Source of the DNA: the human T2T-CHM13v2.0 reference genome, Homo sapiens
Direction: 5' to 3' (one strand)
DNA length: 64,000 nucleotides
NCBI RefSeq assembly: GCF_009914755.1
Contig: NC_060936.1
Below the pieces are notes generated by a model. That model saw nothing but the letters and a program-made list of their open reading frames with translations. It was not told the origin of the DNA and did not search any database. The translations under genes and the position numbers were made by a program. How positions within the stretch are numbered: position 1 is the stretch's first letter; each line of letters begins with the position of its first letter. Shown in pieces: positions 58,085 to 64,000 of this stretch.

Positions 58085-59463
58085 AGTCTTGGGAATCTTG
58101 ATGGTTTGGAGATGGAACCAGGACCTGGCTTGATATCAATGCCCAGCATGCCCAGCTTCAGGGAATGAAGCATGGTTGGTCTAGGCGAATCCTAATAATC
58201 CCTTTCCCTGGTGGCTATAATTAGTTTAGACATCGGAACACAAACCAGTTTTGGACGATGAAATGTAAAGGGAAAGTCTCGTTCCCTCCTAGGAAAACAG
58301 AAACAGGTGAGAAATGCAGCTAGTCTATTCTAGTTTGGATTTCCTGGATTGCAAAGCCTGAGACAGATTAAAATGCTAATTGTTTATGTGGTAAGGGATT
58401 CTAGGGAGCAGGGTAAAGGGAGGAGGGAGAAGGGAGTGGGGAGAATGAAACAGGAAAGGAAGACAAGCCAACCAAGGGCGTACTTTTGAGCTTATTATTA
58501 TAATTGTCCCTCCAAATGGCAGGAGGCTGGGGCATTTGTCCAGAGACTTTCATTGGTTGCCAGTTGCCCCTCATTTTACTAAAACTGAATGTTTCCTGTG
58601 ACTTCCTAGTGACAAGAATCCATTGGGTACGTTTCATCTTGGCCTGCTCTGTCCACCACTTCCTCTTTTTGAACTCTCTCTATCCTGGTTTCTACGGCAG
58701 TTCTCCCTCCAGCGCTTGTCCGGCCTCTCTGGCTGCTTCTTGGTTTCCTTCCCAGGCTCCTTTTCCTTTTTCCGCTCTGTGGCTGATCTCCTGGATTCTA
58801 TTCTGGTTTTCCTCACTTCTACCCACTCTTACTGGGCAAACCGTTTTGCGAAATGGTTTCCACTGTTACTGTTGTGATGATGCCAGCTCCTATGTCTATG
58901 CCCCCAGCTCTCCCTCCCAAGTCCTGTAGGCATATAGCTCTTCATCCACACAACACATATTCATTAAGCTATTTGAATATGCCCAGAGTTGTGATAGGGC
59001 AGTAAATAGGAACTCACCTTCTAGGAGTGCTAGCCAATATGGAGCTAGTGGCCAAAATCCAAGTAAACAAGTAAGTAAGCCAGATATTTTTAGATAGTGA
59101 CAGGTTTTATGCAGACAATAAAACAGGTCAGTGTGATAGAGGGTGTATGTGTGTGTGTGCATGCACACTATTTTAGAATGACTGCTTTGAGGAGGTAACA
59201 TTTGAGCAGAGATCATTTAGTGGTATCTGTCATTTGTGGTTATGCAAGTGCAAAGGTCGTAGAGGCATGGAGGACTTATCAATGTGTTTGGGGAAGAGGA
59301 GGAAGACCAGTGTGGCTGGAGCAATGTAGGCACAAGGGAGTGATGGGAGATAAAGTCAGAAAAATAGTAGGGGCTCATTCAAGTAGGGCAAGGTGAGCAT
59401 GCATTGAACAAGATCCCCAGGTGACACTTATGTAAGCTTCTGCACACATTTGAAAACCATTAG

Positions 59464-60165
<702 letters not shown>

Positions 60166-61187
60166 AGTATCTTGGAAAGAGTAAGACACACAAAAGTATA
60201 ACATTCTATCACAACCTCCTATGTACCCATCACCCAGCCTCAACACTAGCAACTTTATTTTACAAAGGAAACTGAAAGTAGTAGCCAGGAATGTAGGAGG
60301 AAGACCAGGGTAGGATTGTGTCAGTGAAGCATGTCAAAGAGAGAGATCAACAGTGACAAATAAAGGGAAAATGTTCTGTAGGTTGAGCAGAGGTCAAATC
60401 CCTGCCAACATCATGGCCCTGTGTTGTCCCATGGGCTTCTCACAGTACAGGTGGCTGTTAAGGTGCCAGCTGCCCCTCAACCTGCTTCTCCTCTTATTTT
60501 CTCTGTCGAAGAGTCTTCAATGGTTTCTGTTTGGGATGAAAGCAGGGACTGAGACTTGGACTTGTGCTCAGGGAGTTTATTTTGGAGACGATCCTGGGAA
60601 GCAGGGTGCGAGAGCAAAAAGAGTGAGGCAGGGAAGAAGGAAAAGTCACAAAGAGTATGTTATTGAGCTGGTTACCACTGTGAGCAAATGAAGCTCGATC
60701 TGGCTGGGCCCATAAGGAACTGAGTAGAGTGCATCTCAGATTGGCCCCCAGCAGCATAGGAGGCCAGGGCACTTATTCAATGGTCTCTCACACCCCATTT
60801 CTTGAGCGCTGTGCTGGGGATATTAACCTCCCTGCATTTTTCTGGGCTGCCCAAGGCAGAAAGCCAGCCAAGGCAGAAAGACAGCCATGTGGACTGTCTG
60901 CCACAGCTGCACCCGAATCTGAGCAGGGAGAGAGGGTATAGAGTACAGGACACCTAAAGTTGTCTGCTGCAGCTCCATCACGGCTTGATAGGATCTAACC
61001 TCCTTCTCATGACACCAGTGTCATTAACCTATTAACCAGGCCAGCAACATGGGAGTTATTCTAAATGTTTCCCTTATCACCCTGTCTCCCTCGTTTGTCT
61101 CTGCAGCCACGCTTTTAGTTCAGGTGGTCATTTCTTGAGGACCATGGTAATGATCTCCTTATCTTTTATTAAATGCCAATGACACTA

Positions 61188-63389
<2,202 letters not shown>

Positions 63390-63453
63390 TTACCCCAAAA
63401 CAGAGAAGGAAGAAAATACAGCTTTGATAAGAGAAGCCCTTTCTGCCTACGGT

Positions 63454-63484
<31 letters not shown>

Positions 63485-63532
63485 TGAGAGGACTAGAAAG
63501 CCCTGAAAACTTTGTCCCAAGGTATGTTAGTA

Positions 63533-63611
63533 TTAGGTTAGTGCAAAAGTAATTGCGTTTTTTGCCATCGAAAAGAATTGCAAAACTGCAATTACTTTTG
63601 CACTAACCTAA
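63533..63611. mobile_element. MADE1 (Hsmar1-derived mariner MITE)
   Basis: ~80 bp palindrome TTAGGTTAGTGCAAAAGTAATTGC...GCAATTACTTTTGCACTAACCTAA, preceded by TA. Confidence 0.93.
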
Positions 63612-63644
63612 TGTGAACAGAAACAGGGATGGGGGATTGCATTG

Positions 63645-64000
63645 TATGGGATATGGGATATGAGATATGGGATATGGGATACAAGATATGGGATATGGGA
63701 TATGGAACATGGGACATGGGACATGGGATATGGATATGGTCTATGGGATATGAATATGGGCTATGGGACATGGATATGAGGTATGGGATATGGATATAGG
63801 CTATGGGATATGGATGTGGGATATGGATATGGGATGTGGGATATGGATATGGGATATGGGATGTGGATGTGGGATATGGATATGGGATATGGGCTATGCC
63901 ATATGGGATATGGATGTGGGATATGGGATATGGATGTGGAATATGGATATGGGCTATGGGCTATGGATGTGGGATATGGATATGGGCTATGGGCTACGGA
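63645..64000 (+). repeat. G-rich minisatellite of GGGATAT/GGATAT/GGATGT/GGGCTAT units, truncated by the window end
   Basis: Directly visible 6- and 7-mer tandem array of at least 355 bp. Confidence 0.95.

Noticed and set aside
63454-63480. Orphan poly-A tract (also 15473-15492 and poly-T 1072-1095) as a processed-pseudogene tail
   Set aside because: No recognisable mRNA body or clear TSD
63645-64000. CRISPR-like or telomeric array
   Set aside because: No unique spacers, no cas genes, eukaryotic context, and the units are not TTAGGG

Overview
Human (primate) genomic DNA recognisable as the AVIL-CTDSP2 locus (12q13-14). The minus strand carries three known elements. (1) The complete 8-exon CTDSP2 gene (SCP2 RNA pol II CTD phosphatase): CDS exons 30803-30740, 13965-13817, 11959-11921, 11466-11365, 10771-10715, 8688-8596, 8458-8273 and 8096-7971, totalling 816 nt or 271 aa, with a ~3.7 kb 3'UTR and a CpG-island promoter. 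(2) The intronic miRNA MIR26A2. (3) About 1.2 kb past the CTDSP2 poly(A) signal, the promoter, non-coding exon 1 and first coding exon of AVIL (advillin). The region from 32 to 64 kb is repeat-rich and has no credible protein-coding gene. It holds many Alus, a solo HERV-H LTR7, a THE1 LTR, a 7SL retropseudogene, MER5A, MADE1, L1/L2/MIR remnants, two orphan CpG-rich elements and a G-rich minisatellite. I see no wholly new biological system. The best leads are regulatory: a TATA-driven spliced antisense unit inside CTDSP2 intron 1, an in-frame alternative donor on micro-exon 3, uORF/start-stop elements in the CTDSP2 leader, a miR-26/124/9 site set in its 3'UTR, possible CTDSP2-to-AVIL read-through, and several unusual duplication or nested-insertion structures. 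Repeat subfamily names are by eye and approximate.
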